From an uncultured Spirochaetia bacterium (GTDB lineage Bacteria; Spirochaetota; Spirochaetia; SZUA-6; Bin103), in assembly GCA_958296075.1 (NCBI GenBank), contig CATQHW010000005.1, positions 73,270 through 137,269 of the forward strand: DNA of 64,000 nt, read 5' to 3'. Each line of letters begins with the position of its first letter. Position 1 is the first letter of the stretch. Positions 48,045-57,919 of this stretch are shown here, piece after piece. The notes beneath the pieces were generated by a model. It was not told the origin of the DNA, made no database searches, and worked only from the letters and a program-made list of their open reading frames with translations. Both the position numbers and the translations under genes were made by a program.

Positions 48045-48769
48045 GCCTGGACGGCGCGGTCGCGGTGGTGACCGGCGGCTCGCGCGGTATCGGAGCGGCG
48101 GTCGTCCGGTCCCTGCTGCGGGACGGCGCCAAGGTCTATTCGCTGTCGCGGACCGCTGATGACGGCGCGGCCGGGCTGCCGGATCGGGGCGATTATACGT
48201 GGCTGGCTACCGACTTGACCGACGAGGCTGCCGTCGACGCGCGCCTCGGCGAGGTCCTGGCGGAGAACCGGGGCGTGCAGGTGCTGGTGAACAACGCCGG
48301 CATCACCCGCGATGGACTGGTGTTCCGCATGTCGCGGCAGGACTGGGACGCGGTCCTGGCCCTCAACCTGACGGCGGCGTTCCTCACCTGCAAGGTCGTC
48401 GCCCGTGACATGGCCCGGCGGCGCGCCGGGTCGATCGTCAACATCTCGTCGGTGGTCGGCTTGACCGGCAACCCCGGCCAGACGAACTATTGCGCATCGA
48501 AGGCCGGGATCATCGGCTTCTCGAAGAGCTTGGCGCGTGAGGTGGCCGGCCGCGGCGTGCGGGTCAACGTGGTCGCGCCCGGCTATATTGAGACCGGCAT
48601 GACGGCGTCGCTCGGCGACCGGGTGCGCGAGACGATTACCGGCCTGATACCGCTCGGCCGCACCGGAACGCCCGAGGAGGTGGCCGAACTGGTCGCCTTC
48701 CTCGCTTCGGCCCGTTCCGCCTACGTCACCGGACAGGTGCTGCAGGTGGACGGCGGGCTGTCGATGTAA
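48041..48769 (+). CDS. fabG: 3-oxoacyl-ACP reductase
   Basis: TGGSRGIG, NNAGITRD, YCASK; ATGA overlap with fabD. Confidence 0.93.
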   Translation: MSLDGAVAVVTGGSRGIGAAVVRSLLRDGAKVYSLSRTADDGAAGLPDRGDYTWLATDLTDEAAVDARLGEVLAENRGVQVLVNNAGITRDGLVFRMSRQDWDAVLALNLTAAFLTCKVVARDMARRRAGSIVNISSVVGLTGNPGQTNYCASKAGIIGFSKSLAREVAGRGVRVNVVAPGYIETGMTASLGDRVRETITGLIPLGRTGTPEEVAELVAFLASARSAYVTGQVLQVDGGLSM

Positions 48770-48815
48770 CGTTCGACGGAGCGAAGGTGCGCGGAATCTG
48801 ACGGAGGAGATGGGA

Positions 48816-50060
48816 ATGGACAGACGCGTGGTGGTTACGGGGCTCGGCGCCGTCACTCCCCTTGGGAACGACGTCGACACGTTCTGGCGTGCGGTCAAGA
48901 ACGGCGAATGCGGGGTAGATCGCGTCCGCTCGTTCGACGTCTCGGACTACCCCTCGAAGGTGGCGGGTGAGGTCAGAGACCTGGATCCCTCGAAATACCT
49001 GGACCGGCGCGAGGTGCGCCGCCTTGACCGCTTCGCCATGTTCGCGATGGTGACCGCGCTGGAGGCGCTCGCCGACGCTCGCCTGTCGACCGATGACCTG
49101 GACCCGAACCGGACCGGCGTCATCATGGGAGTGGGGTTCGGCGGCATCCACACCCTGCACTCCGAGTTCAAGAATCTGTTCGACCGCGGCCCCAAGGCGG
49201 TGCATCCGCTGCTGGTGACGAAGATGATCAGCAACATCGCTGCCGGCCACGTCGCGATCAGGATCCACGCGCACGGCCCTTCGTATACCGTGGTGTCGGC
49301 ATGCGCCTCAGCCAACGACGCGATCGGCGAGTCGTATCGATGGGTCAAGGACGGCACGGTGGACGTCATGGTGACCGGTGGCGCCGAAGCTGCCGTCGCT
49401 CCGCTGGCGCTGTCCGGGTTCTCCGGCCTGCAGGCGGTCACATCGTCGTTCAACGACGATCCCAAGCGCGCCAGCCGACCATTCGACAAGGACCGCGACG
49501 GCTTCGTCCTAGGCGAAGGGGCAGGAACGCTCATCCTGGAAGAGCTCGAACGCGCCAAGGCGCGGTCCGCGCCGATCTACTGCGAGGTGGTCGGCTACGG
49601 CGTTACCTGTGACGCCAACCACTTGACCGCTCCCCATCCTCAGGGCAAGGGCGCCGAGAACGCGATGAAGATGGCGATCGCGGGGAGCGGCATGCCGCCC
49701 GAAGAATTCGATTACGTCAACGCGCACGGCACTTCGACCCAGCTCAACGACGCCACCGAGACCATGGCGATCAAGCGGGTGTTCGGCGATCACGCCGCCA
49801 AGCTCAAGGTATCGTCCACCAAGTCGATGGTCGGGCACCTGCTCGGCGCCGCCGCCGGCGTGGAGGCGATCGCCACGGCCAAGGGACTGCAAGAACAACA
49901 CTACCCGGCGACGATCAACTACGAGACGCCGGACCCCGAATGCGACCTGGACTACGTTCCCAACCGCGGTCAGAATGCTCCCATGCGCGCCGCGCTCAAC
50001 AACTCGTTCGGATTCGGCGGCCACAACGCGGTCGTCGCCCTGAAACGGTACGACGGCTGA
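48816..50060 (+). CDS. fabF: 3-oxoacyl-ACP synthase II
   Basis: RRVVVTGLG, SACAS, NAHGTST, GHLLGAA, NSFGFGGHN; alternative start 48810. Confidence 0.96.
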   Translation: MDRRVVVTGLGAVTPLGNDVDTFWRAVKNGECGVDRVRSFDVSDYPSKVAGEVRDLDPSKYLDRREVRRLDRFAMFAMVTALEALADARLSTDDLDPNRTGVIMGVGFGGIHTLHSEFKNLFDRGPKAVHPLLVTKMISNIAAGHVAIRIHAHGPSYTVVSACASANDAIGESYRWVKDGTVDVMVTGGAEAAVAPLALSGFSGLQAVTSSFNDDPKRASRPFDKDRDGFVLGEGAGTLILEELERAKARSAPIYCEVVGYGVTCDANHLTAPHPQGKGAENAMKMAIAGSGMPPEEFDYVNAHGTSTQLNDATETMAIKRVFGDHAAKLKVSSTKSMVGHLLGAAAGVEAIATAKGLQEQHYPATINYETPDPECDLDYVPNRGQNAPMRAALNNSFGFGGHNAVVALKRYDG

Positions 50061-50077
50061 CGGCCGGAGCGTGCGCG

Positions 50078-50590
50078 GTGCGGGTCGCGGTCGTCGCCGA
50101 TACCCATGACAACTGGCCGGCGCTCGACGCCCTGTGCCGGCGCCTCGCCGCCGTCGGCTGCACGCATCTGCTCCACTGCGGTGATGTCTGCGCGCCGCTG
50201 ACCCTGCTGCGGTTGCTCGACCGGTTTACGGGCCGGGTCGACTTGGTGGCCGGCAACGTCGACGGCGACCACTTCCTGATGACCACCCGCACCGCCGATC
50301 GCATCGGCTTCCGGTTCCACGGCGCGGAGCTGGCCGAGCTCACCATCGGCGGGCGGCGCATCGCCATGCAGCACTACCCGCGCTTGGCGCGGGCGCTTGC
50401 GCGCGGCGGGGAGTACGACGCGGTCTTCTACGGCCACGACCACCGCGCCAACGTGGAGCGGCTCCCGGCGGGCGGCCGTACGGTGCTGCTGGCCAACCCC
50501 GGCACGCTGAGCGCCATGGGCGGCTCGCTCACCTACGGTCTGTACGACGCGGCGGCCAACGACCTGGAGCTGGTCGATCTGAGCGTGTGA
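50078..50590 (+). CDS. YfcE-like metallophosphoesterase
   Basis: DTH, HCGD, GNVD, YGHDH, NPG. Confidence 0.88.
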   Translation: MRVAVVADTHDNWPALDALCRRLAAVGCTHLLHCGDVCAPLTLLRLLDRFTGRVDLVAGNVDGDHFLMTTRTADRIGFRFHGAELAELTIGGRRIAMQHYPRLARALARGGEYDAVFYGHDHRANVERLPAGGRTVLLANPGTLSAMGGSLTYGLYDAAANDLELVDLSV

Positions 50591-50620
50591 GCGGCGGGCG
50601 GGGTGCGTCCGCGCCGCTCA
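50588..50620. terminator. Hairpin between the convergent phosphoesterase and tRNA genes
   Basis: TGAGCGGCG...CGCCGCTCA inverted repeat. Confidence 0.45.
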
Positions 50621-50626
50621 ACGGGA

Positions 50627-50710
50627 TGCCGGCGGTCGGACTCGAACCGACACGGGGTCGCCCCCACCAGATTTTGAGTCTGGCATGTCTACCGATTTCA
50701 TCACGCCGGC
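50627..50710 (-). tRNA. tRNA-Leu(CAA), CCA not encoded
   Basis: GCCGGCG acceptor stem; anticodon arm CCAGA-CTCAAAA-TCTGG; long variable arm; T-loop GGTTCGAGTCC. Confidence 0.97.
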
Positions 50711-50751
50711 GTGACGTGAACGGCGGCGCGGCGGCGCGCGGGCCGTCCGCC

Positions 50752-50779
50752 ATCCTAACGGCGCTCGGCCCGATGTCAA
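50752..50779 (-). promoter_or_regulatory. sigma70 promoter of tRNA-Leu
   Basis: TTGACA-16 nt-TAGGAT followed by a GC-rich discriminator. Confidence 0.7.
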
Positions 50780-50795
50780 ACCCGGCAGCGGACCG

Positions 50796-51485
50796 TCAGC
50801 CTCCCGTGATCGCGGTTCCGCGGTAGGGGCGCCCCTCCAGGATCGAACGCAGGTTGCCGGTGTCGCTGCCGGTGAAGACCACGGTCATACCGTGCCGGCA
50901 GGCGGCGCGGGCGGCTACCGGGTCGAACGGCAGCCGGCTGCCCGGCTGCCACTCCCCGTCGCTCATCCGCGCCAGCTCGCTCCAGGTGACGTGCGTGAGC
51001 GGGCGGGCGCCGGCGTCGAGCCTGGGATCGCTCGAATAGACCATGGCGACGTTGGACATCTTGATGACGGTGCCGGCGCCGAAGCGCTGTGCCAGCAACA
51101 CGGCGTCATAGTCGGTGGAGAAGCCCGGCTTCCAGCCGGCCGCGACCATCACGCGGCCGGGAAACGCGGGGACGGCGGTCGGGTCGGTGATCAGCGGCGC
51201 GCAGCAGTCCGGAGAGAACGCGTGGCGCAGCAGCTCGCCGTGCAGCCGCGTGGCGGCGATGCCTATCCAGTCCTGCGCTTCGTCGGACGGCGCCGCCGCG
51301 AGCCGGCGATAGGCGGCCTGGTAGTCTCGCGCCAGATCGCCGCCACCGGTGACGACGATCGCCTTGTCGCCAGCCGACGCGCGCAGGGCTTCCAGGACGG
51401 CGGAGCGAAACCGATCGAGGTACGCGGCGGCGGTCGACTCGCGCTCGATGAGCGACCCGGACAGGTCGATCACATGCACGGCCAT
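50796..51485 (-). CDS. pyrH: UMP kinase, archaeal/spirochaetal type
   Basis: VTGGGDLARDYQ, DWIGIAATRL, GWKPGFSTDYDAV, PFDPVA. Confidence 0.9.
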   Translation of the reverse strand: MAVHVIDLSGSLIERESTAAAYLDRFRSAVLEALRASAGDKAIVVTGGGDLARDYQAAYRRLAAAPSDEAQDWIGIAATRLHGELLRHAFSPDCCAPLITDPTAVPAFPGRVMVAAGWKPGFSTDYDAVLLAQRFGAGTVIKMSNVAMVYSSDPRLDAGARPLTHVTWSELARMSDGEWQPGSRLPFDPVAARAACRHGMTVVFTGSDTGNLRSILEGRPYRGTAITGG

Positions 51486-51592
51486 CGACGCAGGATGATA
51501 GCACGGCCGCCGTCGGGCAGGATCGATCCGTTCGGGGTTGCCTTGCGGCCTTCGCATGTCGTTATCATTGACATGTCGAAAGCGATGAATCG

Positions 51593-52342
51593 ATGGACCG
51601 CGACCTGACGGAAATCCTCGAAGACTGGCGGTACGACTCGGACGATCAGTACCGCGTGATCAAGGCGCGCGACGGGCGCGCGGTGCTGCAGGTGCGCCAA
51701 CCGCTCGGCATCGAGCAGTACGAGCTCGATGGGCGGCCGGACGGTCTGCGCCCGTTCGGCAAGGAGTCGGTGCTGGTGGAGATGCTCGACCGCCTCGACT
51801 CCTGCGACGTCGCCGACGACGGGGGCTTCCTGATCGACCACAAAGACTTCCTGCGGCTGCAGAACGAGGGCATCCTCTACTACTATCGCTATCTGATCCT
51901 GTTTCAGATGGGAGATTTCGAACGCACCGTCAGCGACACCATGCACAACCTGCAGATCTGCGATCTGGTCGAGCGGTTCGTGCAGGAAGCCGACGATCAG
52001 AAGGAGATACTGCAGTACCGCCCCTACATCATCCGCATGAACGCCATGGCGGGCGCCATGCTGCAGCTCGGCGCCGAGGATTCGGACGGCGCGCGCGGTG
52101 CGCTGCAGGGCGCGATCGACGACATCGGCGCGCTCGACGAGGTCGACACCCCCACCTACCACTACGAACGGCTGCGGTCCCTCCAGTACCTGCGCACCGC
52201 GTTGCATCAGATCAAGGCGCGCAAGCCGACCGTGCTGGAGCGATTGAACGCCGCGCTGGATGAGGCGGTCGAGCAGGAAGCCTACGAACGGGCGGCGGAG
52301 CTGCGCGACAGAATCCACGCCTTGCAGCAGCGCCGGGCGTAG
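51593..52342 (+). CDS. Uncharacterised protein with C-terminal UvrB/UvrC motif
   Basis: ELDGRPDGLRP; C-terminal LDEAVEQEAYERAAELRDRI. Confidence 0.8.
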   Translation: MDRDLTEILEDWRYDSDDQYRVIKARDGRAVLQVRQPLGIEQYELDGRPDGLRPFGKESVLVEMLDRLDSCDVADDGGFLIDHKDFLRLQNEGILYYYRYLILFQMGDFERTVSDTMHNLQICDLVERFVQEADDQKEILQYRPYIIRMNAMAGAMLQLGAEDSDGARGALQGAIDDIGALDEVDTPTYHYERLRSLQYLRTALHQIKARKPTVLERLNAALDEAVEQEAYERAAELRDRIHALQQRRA

Positions 52343-52353
52343 TCCGCACCGGC

Positions 52354-53208
52354 ATGCGCAACGCGGTGCGGCGCAGGGCTGCACGGGCGGCGGTCCGGCG
52401 CCCGTTGCGGCGTGCGTGGTCGGGGTGTTGGCGGCGCGTTGCCGCTGCCGCGGCGGCGGCCGGGATGGTCGCGGCCGCCGATGGCGCGACCGCCCGCGAG
52501 TTGGTTACCGCGCAGGCGTTCTTCGACGAGGTCGCGGCAGCCTACGCCGACATCGAGGATTATCAGGCCGACGTCGTGATCGCCGCGCGCCGCTTCCAGC
52601 GGGTGGCCGACGCCAGCGGCGGAGCCGGCGCGCCGGACTCCGGCTCCGCGCTGCGGGAGGTCGAGCTGTCGCGGATGGAGGGGACGCTGTCGTTCAAGCG
52701 ACCCGATCTGCTGCGTATCGACTTCAGCGATCCTTCCGGTCAGGTTCTGGTGTCGGACGGGGAGCTGCTCACCATCTACGTGCCGGGATTGGACCTCATC
52801 ATCGAGCAGCGGCTCGGTGGCGCTGCGGCTCCCGCCGCGGCCTCCCTGGCATCCCGTCTGGCGCCGGCGCCGGGCTTGCGCTCCCTCCGTTCCAACTACG
52901 CGATCGCCTACCAGATCGGGCCCGAGCCGGTGCCGCTGAACGACGGCTCCGGACAGGAGGTGGTCCGGCTGCTGCTGGGACGGCAGGCCGCGGAGGAGGG
53001 ATTCGAGACGATCGAGGTCGCGGTCGGCGGCGACAAGCTGATTCGCAGCATAGTCGGCGAGGATCGTTCGGGGACCCGGCTCGCCATCGAGTTCCGCGCC
53101 GTGCGGATCAACCGATCGATACCGGACGCGCGGTTCCGGTACGAATCGCCGCCCGACGCGAACGTCTATCGGGATGTCCTGTTCGGCGACGTCCTCCTTG
53201 GCGGCTGA
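52354..53208 (+). CDS. lolA: Outer-membrane lipoprotein carrier protein LolA-like
   Basis: GTLSFKRPDLLRIDF, LVSDGELLTIYVP, F..PPDA; start uncertain. Confidence 0.8.
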   Translation: MRNAVRRRAARAAVRRPLRRAWSGCWRRVAAAAAAAGMVAAADGATARELVTAQAFFDEVAAAYADIEDYQADVVIAARRFQRVADASGGAGAPDSGSALREVELSRMEGTLSFKRPDLLRIDFSDPSGQVLVSDGELLTIYVPGLDLIIEQRLGGAAAPAAASLASRLAPAPGLRSLRSNYAIAYQIGPEPVPLNDGSGQEVVRLLLGRQAAEEGFETIEVAVGGDKLIRSIVGEDRSGTRLAIEFRAVRINRSIPDARFRYESPPDANVYRDVLFGDVLLGG

Positions 53209-53216
53209 GAGAGCCG

Positions 53217-53981
53217 ATGGCGGCTGACCCGATGACGGAGGACGGCCGCGAGTCGGCGGCGAGCGCCGCCCTCCGCGATTCCCGCACCTCGCGCGGCATC
53301 TCCCTGGAGCAGGTCACGCGCGACATTCACATCAGCAAGCGATTCCTGGCGGCTCTGGAAGCCGGCGACTACGCCGATCTGCCGGCAGATGCGTACGTCA
53401 CCGGGTTCATCCGCAGCTACGCCGACTACCTGGAGCTCGACCCCGAGCCGCTTATCGACCACTACCGTTCACAGCGGGCGACGAGCGCCGCCGCCGAGGA
53501 GCCGCCCGGGCGCAGCCGGTCACCGCTGGTGGCGGTGCTGGCGCTGGCGCTGCTGGTGTTCGCGGCCGGGATCGCCGCCCTGGTACGCTGGGTGATCCAA
53601 CCCGCCGCCGCCGAGCGCACGGTGGAGCGGCCGGCCGCTGCGCCACCGGCGCCGTTCGTGATGGCCGGGGAGACGGTGATCCGGGTGCTGGAGGTCGGCA
53701 CCGTGGTACAAGTGCCGATCGACGATCGACGCTATGACGTGCTGCTGGTTCGGTACGACGACGGTCTGGTCATCCGGTACGGCGATGACGAGGCGCCGCT
53801 CGCCGTCGGCGGCGAGCGGCTGCTCGATCTGGACGGCGACTCCCGGACCGACCTGCGCGTGTTGTTCAACAGCGTCGACCGAAGCGGCGATCCGATCCGC
53901 GTCAACCTGACGCTGCAGCGCGGCACGGCCGGCGAGCAGGCGCCGCCGGCGCCGGTCGGCTCCGGCCGCGCCAGCGGCTGA
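53217..53981 (+). CDS. RodZ-like HTH membrane protein
   Basis: LRDSR...ISLEQV...LAALEAGDYADLPADAYVTGFIRSYADYL, then a TM helix. Confidence 0.85.
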   Translation: MAADPMTEDGRESAASAALRDSRTSRGISLEQVTRDIHISKRFLAALEAGDYADLPADAYVTGFIRSYADYLELDPEPLIDHYRSQRATSAAAEEPPGRSRSPLVAVLALALLVFAAGIAALVRWVIQPAAAERTVERPAAAPPAPFVMAGETVIRVLEVGTVVQVPIDDRRYDVLLVRYDDGLVIRYGDDEAPLAVGGERLLDLDGDSRTDLRVLFNSVDRSGDPIRVNLTLQRGTAGEQAPPAPVGSGRASG

Positions 53982-53991
53982 CGGCCGCACG

Positions 53992-56220
53992 TTGCCCGAA
54001 ACGACGTCAGGCCGGGGCAGGCCGCCTATCGAACCCGCACTGGTCCAACCGCATCCGGCCGGCGGTCATTCGCTCGAACACCGCTTGGCGGTGCTGAACG
54101 AGCCGCAGCGGCGCGCCGTGGAGCATTGGGGCCGCCCGCTGCTCATCCTGGCGGGAGCCGGCTCCGGCAAGACGCGGGCGATCACCACCAAGATCGCCTA
54201 CCTGACCGAGCGGCGCGGCATCCCGCCGCGCGCGATGCTGGCGGTCACCTTCACCAACAAGGCTGCCGACGAGATGCGCCAGCGGGCCACCGCAATGCTC
54301 CCGGCCGCCGCCGGGGCGAACATCCGCACGTTCCATTCGTTCTGCAACTGGCTGCTCCGGCGCTATGGAGCCCGCGCCGGCGTCGATCCGAGCTTCTCCA
54401 TTCTGGACGGCGCCGACGCGCTGTCGGTCCTGCGCGACGCGGCCGGCGGCGGATGGCCGGCCGACGAGCTCAAGGCGGCGGGCGAGCTGATCGCGCGGGC
54501 CAAGGATCACGGTCTGCGCCCCCGCGACGATCTCGATCGGCTCGACGTGCCGGTGGGCGTGCCGTTGGCCGACTTGTACGCCGCGTATCAGGAGCATCTG
54601 CAGCGCAGCAACGCCATGGACTTCGGCGACCTGATCCTGCGTACGATCGACCTGCTGTCCACGGAACCGGGAGCCGAGATCGCCGGCCGCTTCCAAACGC
54701 TGCTGGTCGACGAGTATCAGGACGCCAATCGGGCGCAGGTGCAACTGCTCCGCCTGCTGGCCGGCGGCGGCGCCTACGTGTGCGCGGTCGGCGACGATGA
54801 CCAGTCGATCTACGGGTTCAGGGGCGCCGACGTCGGGGCGTTCCTGTCGTTCCCGGACCATTTCGCGGGCGCGGAGATCGTACGCCTTGAACAGAACTAC
54901 CGGTCCACCCCGCAGATACTGGCGGTGGCGCAGAGCGTGGTGGAAGGCAACCGCGACCGCCTGGGCAAGACCCTGTGGACGGAGAACGGGCCCGGACCGG
55001 CGCCCCGGCTGCACGAGCTGCCCGATCAGGAGGCGGAGGTCCGCCTGTGCTGCGAGCTGGTCGATCGAGAGCCCGATCTGGAGACGGCGATCCTCTACCG
55101 GATGAACTTTCAGTCGCAGCCGTTCGAGACCGCGTTCCGCCGACTGCGCATACCGTATCGGCTGGTCGGGGCGATCGGCTTCTTCGAGCGCCAGGAGGTG
55201 AAGGACGCGATCTCCTACCTGATCCTGACGGTCAATCCGGCCGACGCCGTCGCGCTGCGGCGGGCGCTTTCCACGCCGCGGCGCTCGGTCGGCCCCAAGA
55301 CGCTGCAACGCATTCTGTCGGCGGAGCCGGACGCGGCCGCGTCCGCGGACGCCGTAAGCGGGACGCTCTTCGACGTGGGCCCGTCCGGCGTCACCGCCGT
55401 CGACCGGGCGCGCGCGGCGCGCGGCTCCCTGCCGGCGCGGGCGCGCGCCGGGGTCGGCGCCTTTCTGGAGCTGCACGACGAGCTGTGCGAGATGGCCGAG
55501 CACGCCCCGGTGGCGTCGCTGGTCGCCGCCGCGGTAGAGCGCTCCGGGCTCGCCGCCCATTACGGCCGGCTCGACGCGGTGTCCGGCGGCAGCCGGATGC
55601 GCAACCTGGAGCAGTTGGCGGCGAGCGCCGAGGCGTTCGGCGCCGGCCGCGGCGAGCTGCAGCGGTTTCTCGAAGCGGCCGGGCTGCATGACGCCGGCCG
55701 CGAACGCGACGAGGAGCGGTGGGCGATCCGCCCGGTGACGCTGATCACCGCGCACAACACCAAGGGGCTGGAGTTCGAGCGGGTCGTGGTCACGGGGATG
55801 GAGGAAGGGGTGTTCCCGCTTCTGCCGGCGGACCGCGACGGCGCCGATCAGGCGCAGCGCGACCTGGAGGAGGAGCGCCGCCTGTTCTACGTGGCGGTGA
55901 CGCGGGCGCGGAGCCATCTGCACGTCACCTGTTGCGCTCGCCGCACCGTGTTCGGGCAGCGGCGCGACCAGCGGATGAGCCGGTTTCTGGCCGAGATCCC
56001 CGACCGGTTGCTGGTCCGGGACGCGGCGGCCCCCGGGCTCGGCGAAGAGGCCGGTGACTTTCCGGCCGGCGCCGAGGTCTATCACGACGATTACGGCAGC
56101 GGGGTCGTCACTCGCCGCTGGAACAACGCCGGCACCTGGTTCGTGACGGTCCGCTTCGCCACCGAGCACGAGGCATCGTTCGCCCTTCGCTACGCCGCCC
56201 TGGAGCGGATACGCTCGTGA
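53992..56220 (+). CDS. uvrD: UvrD/PcrA ATP-dependent DNA helicase
   Basis: AGAGSGKT, VDEYQD, VGDDDQSIYGFRGA, NYRS, KGLEF, EERRLFYVAVTRA; start uncertain. Confidence 0.93.
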   Translation: MPETTSGRGRPPIEPALVQPHPAGGHSLEHRLAVLNEPQRRAVEHWGRPLLILAGAGSGKTRAITTKIAYLTERRGIPPRAMLAVTFTNKAADEMRQRATAMLPAAAGANIRTFHSFCNWLLRRYGARAGVDPSFSILDGADALSVLRDAAGGGWPADELKAAGELIARAKDHGLRPRDDLDRLDVPVGVPLADLYAAYQEHLQRSNAMDFGDLILRTIDLLSTEPGAEIAGRFQTLLVDEYQDANRAQVQLLRLLAGGGAYVCAVGDDDQSIYGFRGADVGAFLSFPDHFAGAEIVRLEQNYRSTPQILAVAQSVVEGNRDRLGKTLWTENGPGPAPRLHELPDQEAEVRLCCELVDREPDLETAILYRMNFQSQPFETAFRRLRIPYRLVGAIGFFERQEVKDAISYLILTVNPADAVALRRALSTPRRSVGPKTLQRILSAEPDAAASADAVSGTLFDVGPSGVTAVDRARAARGSLPARARAGVGAFLELHDELCEMAEHAPVASLVAAAVERSGLAAHYGRLDAVSGGSRMRNLEQLAASAEAFGAGRGELQRFLEAAGLHDAGRERDEERWAIRPVTLITAHNTKGLEFERVVVTGMEEGVFPLLPADRDGADQAQRDLEEERRLFYVAVTRARSHLHVTCCARRTVFGQRRDQRMSRFLAEIPDRLLVRDAAAPGLGEEAGDFPAGAEVYHDDYGSGVVTRRWNNAGTWFVTVRFATEHEASFALRYAALERIRS

Positions 56221-57041
56221 CCGGCAACGACCCCTCAGCCCGCGCGCGGCTGGAGCGGCTCGGGCCGATCCGCCGGGCGCGCGGCTACCGGCTGTACGAC
56301 CACCGCGGCCGGCGCTACCTGGACCTGTGGCAGGCCGGCGGGCGCGCGTTGCTCGGACACCGTCCCGACCGGGCGGTGGCGCAGATCAAGGGCGTCCTGT
56401 CGCGCGCGCCGCACGCCGGCGTGCCGTCGGTCTACGAGCGCCGGTTGCTCGGCCGCGTGCGGCGGCTCGTTCCGGGGTTCGAGCCGCTCCTGACCGCCGG
56501 CGGCGCCGAGGTGCGCGTGGTCCTCGGGCGCGCAGGGCTCGGCGAAGAGGCGCTCTACGATCCGGCGCTCGACGCAGGTCCGGCGGACGCACGCCGGGCC
56601 GGGCTCTGGCGGCCGGCCGCCGGACCTGCGCCGCTGCCGGCGAGCTGGCGCGCCGTGGTGCCGGTTCTGCCGTTCACGCTCGGGCAGGCGCCGGCGCCGG
56701 TCTGTCTGTCGCCGGACGCCGTGGCCGAGCTGCCGGAGGCGCCGGCGCCGCAACCGGCGGCGCTGCTGGCCGCGGCGCTGGGCGGCCTGGACCGACTGCC
56801 GCGCTACGGCGGAGCCGCCTGGGCGTCGCAGGCGTGGCCCGATCCGCACGGATGCGAAGGGTGGGAGCGGCGCGGCCCGTACGTGGCGGCGCGCTGCGAT
56901 GCGGCCGCCTACGACGACGTGTTCGATCGGTTCCTGCAGGCGGGAGCGGTGCTCTCCCCCTTTCACCCGGGGCCGAGCATCCTGCCCGACGAGGTTTCCG
57001 CCGGGGAGGCGGCGACGCTCATGCGGCTGTTCGCCGGGTGA
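56217..57041 (+). CDS. Hypothetical protein with class-III aminotransferase-like N-terminus
   Basis: RARGYRLYD..GRRYLDL..AGG..LLGH; GTGA-coupled to the helicase. Confidence 0.65.
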   Translation: MTGNDPSARARLERLGPIRRARGYRLYDHRGRRYLDLWQAGGRALLGHRPDRAVAQIKGVLSRAPHAGVPSVYERRLLGRVRRLVPGFEPLLTAGGAEVRVVLGRAGLGEEALYDPALDAGPADARRAGLWRPAAGPAPLPASWRAVVPVLPFTLGQAPAPVCLSPDAVAELPEAPAPQPAALLAAALGGLDRLPRYGGAAWASQAWPDPHGCEGWERRGPYVAARCDAAAYDDVFDRFLQAGAVLSPFHPGPSILPDEVSAGEAATLMRLFAG

Positions 57042-57067
57042 CGCCGCCGGCCGGCGGCGGACCGCGT

Positions 57068-57763
57068 TCAGCGCCGCATCAGCCGCAACAGGAACAGGAA
57101 CAGGTTGAGCATGTCCAGATAGAGCTTGAGCGCGCCGAGCACGGACAGGCGGACGAAGGCGGTTTCGTCCATGGTTCCCGCCTCGGCCTGCCAGCGTTTG
57201 ATCACCTGCGTGTCGTAGGCGGTCAGGCCCAGAAAGAGCGCCACGCCGGCGATCGAGATCAGGAAGCCCAGAGCGTCGCTGCCGATCAGCAGGTTGACGA
57301 CGATGGCGATCATCAGTCCCAGCAGACCCATGCTCAGGTAGCTGCCGATGGTCGTCAGGTCGCGCCGAGTCGCGTAGCCGTACAGGCTCATCCCCGCGAA
57401 CATCGCCGCCGCGATGAAGAACGCGTTGAAGATCTGCTGCTGGGTGTAGACGGCGGACAGCACCGACAGCGTGATCCCGTTGAGCGCCGCGAAGGCGATG
57501 AAGGCTCCCGAGGCGGCGCCGATGCTCATGGTCATGATGCGGGCGCTGAGGAACCAGACCAGCGCCAGCTCGCCGATGATCAGTCCGAAGTAGAGCATCG
57601 GATTGCCGAGCACCGCACCGAACAGCGCGGGCTGGCTGACGACGAACCAGGCGATGACTCCGCTCAGAGCCAGACCGCCGGTCATCCACAGGTAGACGTT
57701 ACTCATCAGCCCGGTGCGGGCTGCGGCGCGGACGGTGCCGTGTGTTACGCTCCTGACCGACAT
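57068..57763 (-). CDS. Bax inhibitor-1/YccA family membrane protein
   Basis: VYLWM, YGYATRRDL, LTAYDTQ, GALKLYLDMLNLFL. Confidence 0.92.
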   Translation of the reverse strand: MSVRSVTHGTVRAAARTGLMSNVYLWMTGGLALSGVIAWFVVSQPALFGAVLGNPMLYFGLIIGELALVWFLSARIMTMSIGAASGAFIAFAALNGITLSVLSAVYTQQQIFNAFFIAAAMFAGMSLYGYATRRDLTTIGSYLSMGLLGLMIAIVVNLLIGSDALGFLISIAGVALFLGLTAYDTQVIKRWQAEAGTMDETAFVRLSVLGALKLYLDMLNLFLFLLRLMRR

Positions 57764-57919
57764 GGGTCCCTCCCTCATCCCGGCGGTGGGCCGCCGGGCA
57801 TTCGATTCACGGGGCAATGTGCTGCTGCCGCCCGGCACGGTCAAGGATTGCGCGGCCGGCGGTTGCTCAACGCGCCGCGAAGCGATACTCTTGGGAAACT
57901 CTCAGCGCGTGAGGCGACG

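Noticed and set aside
45938..50060. fab genes as a type II PKS or other secondary metabolite cluster
   Set aside because: There is a single canonical Cys-His-His FabF, with no chain-length factor, dedicated ACP or tailoring genes.
50627..50710. tRNA-Leu as an island integration site
   Set aside because: It is flanked by housekeeping genes; I saw no integrase and no duplicated tRNA 3' end in the window.
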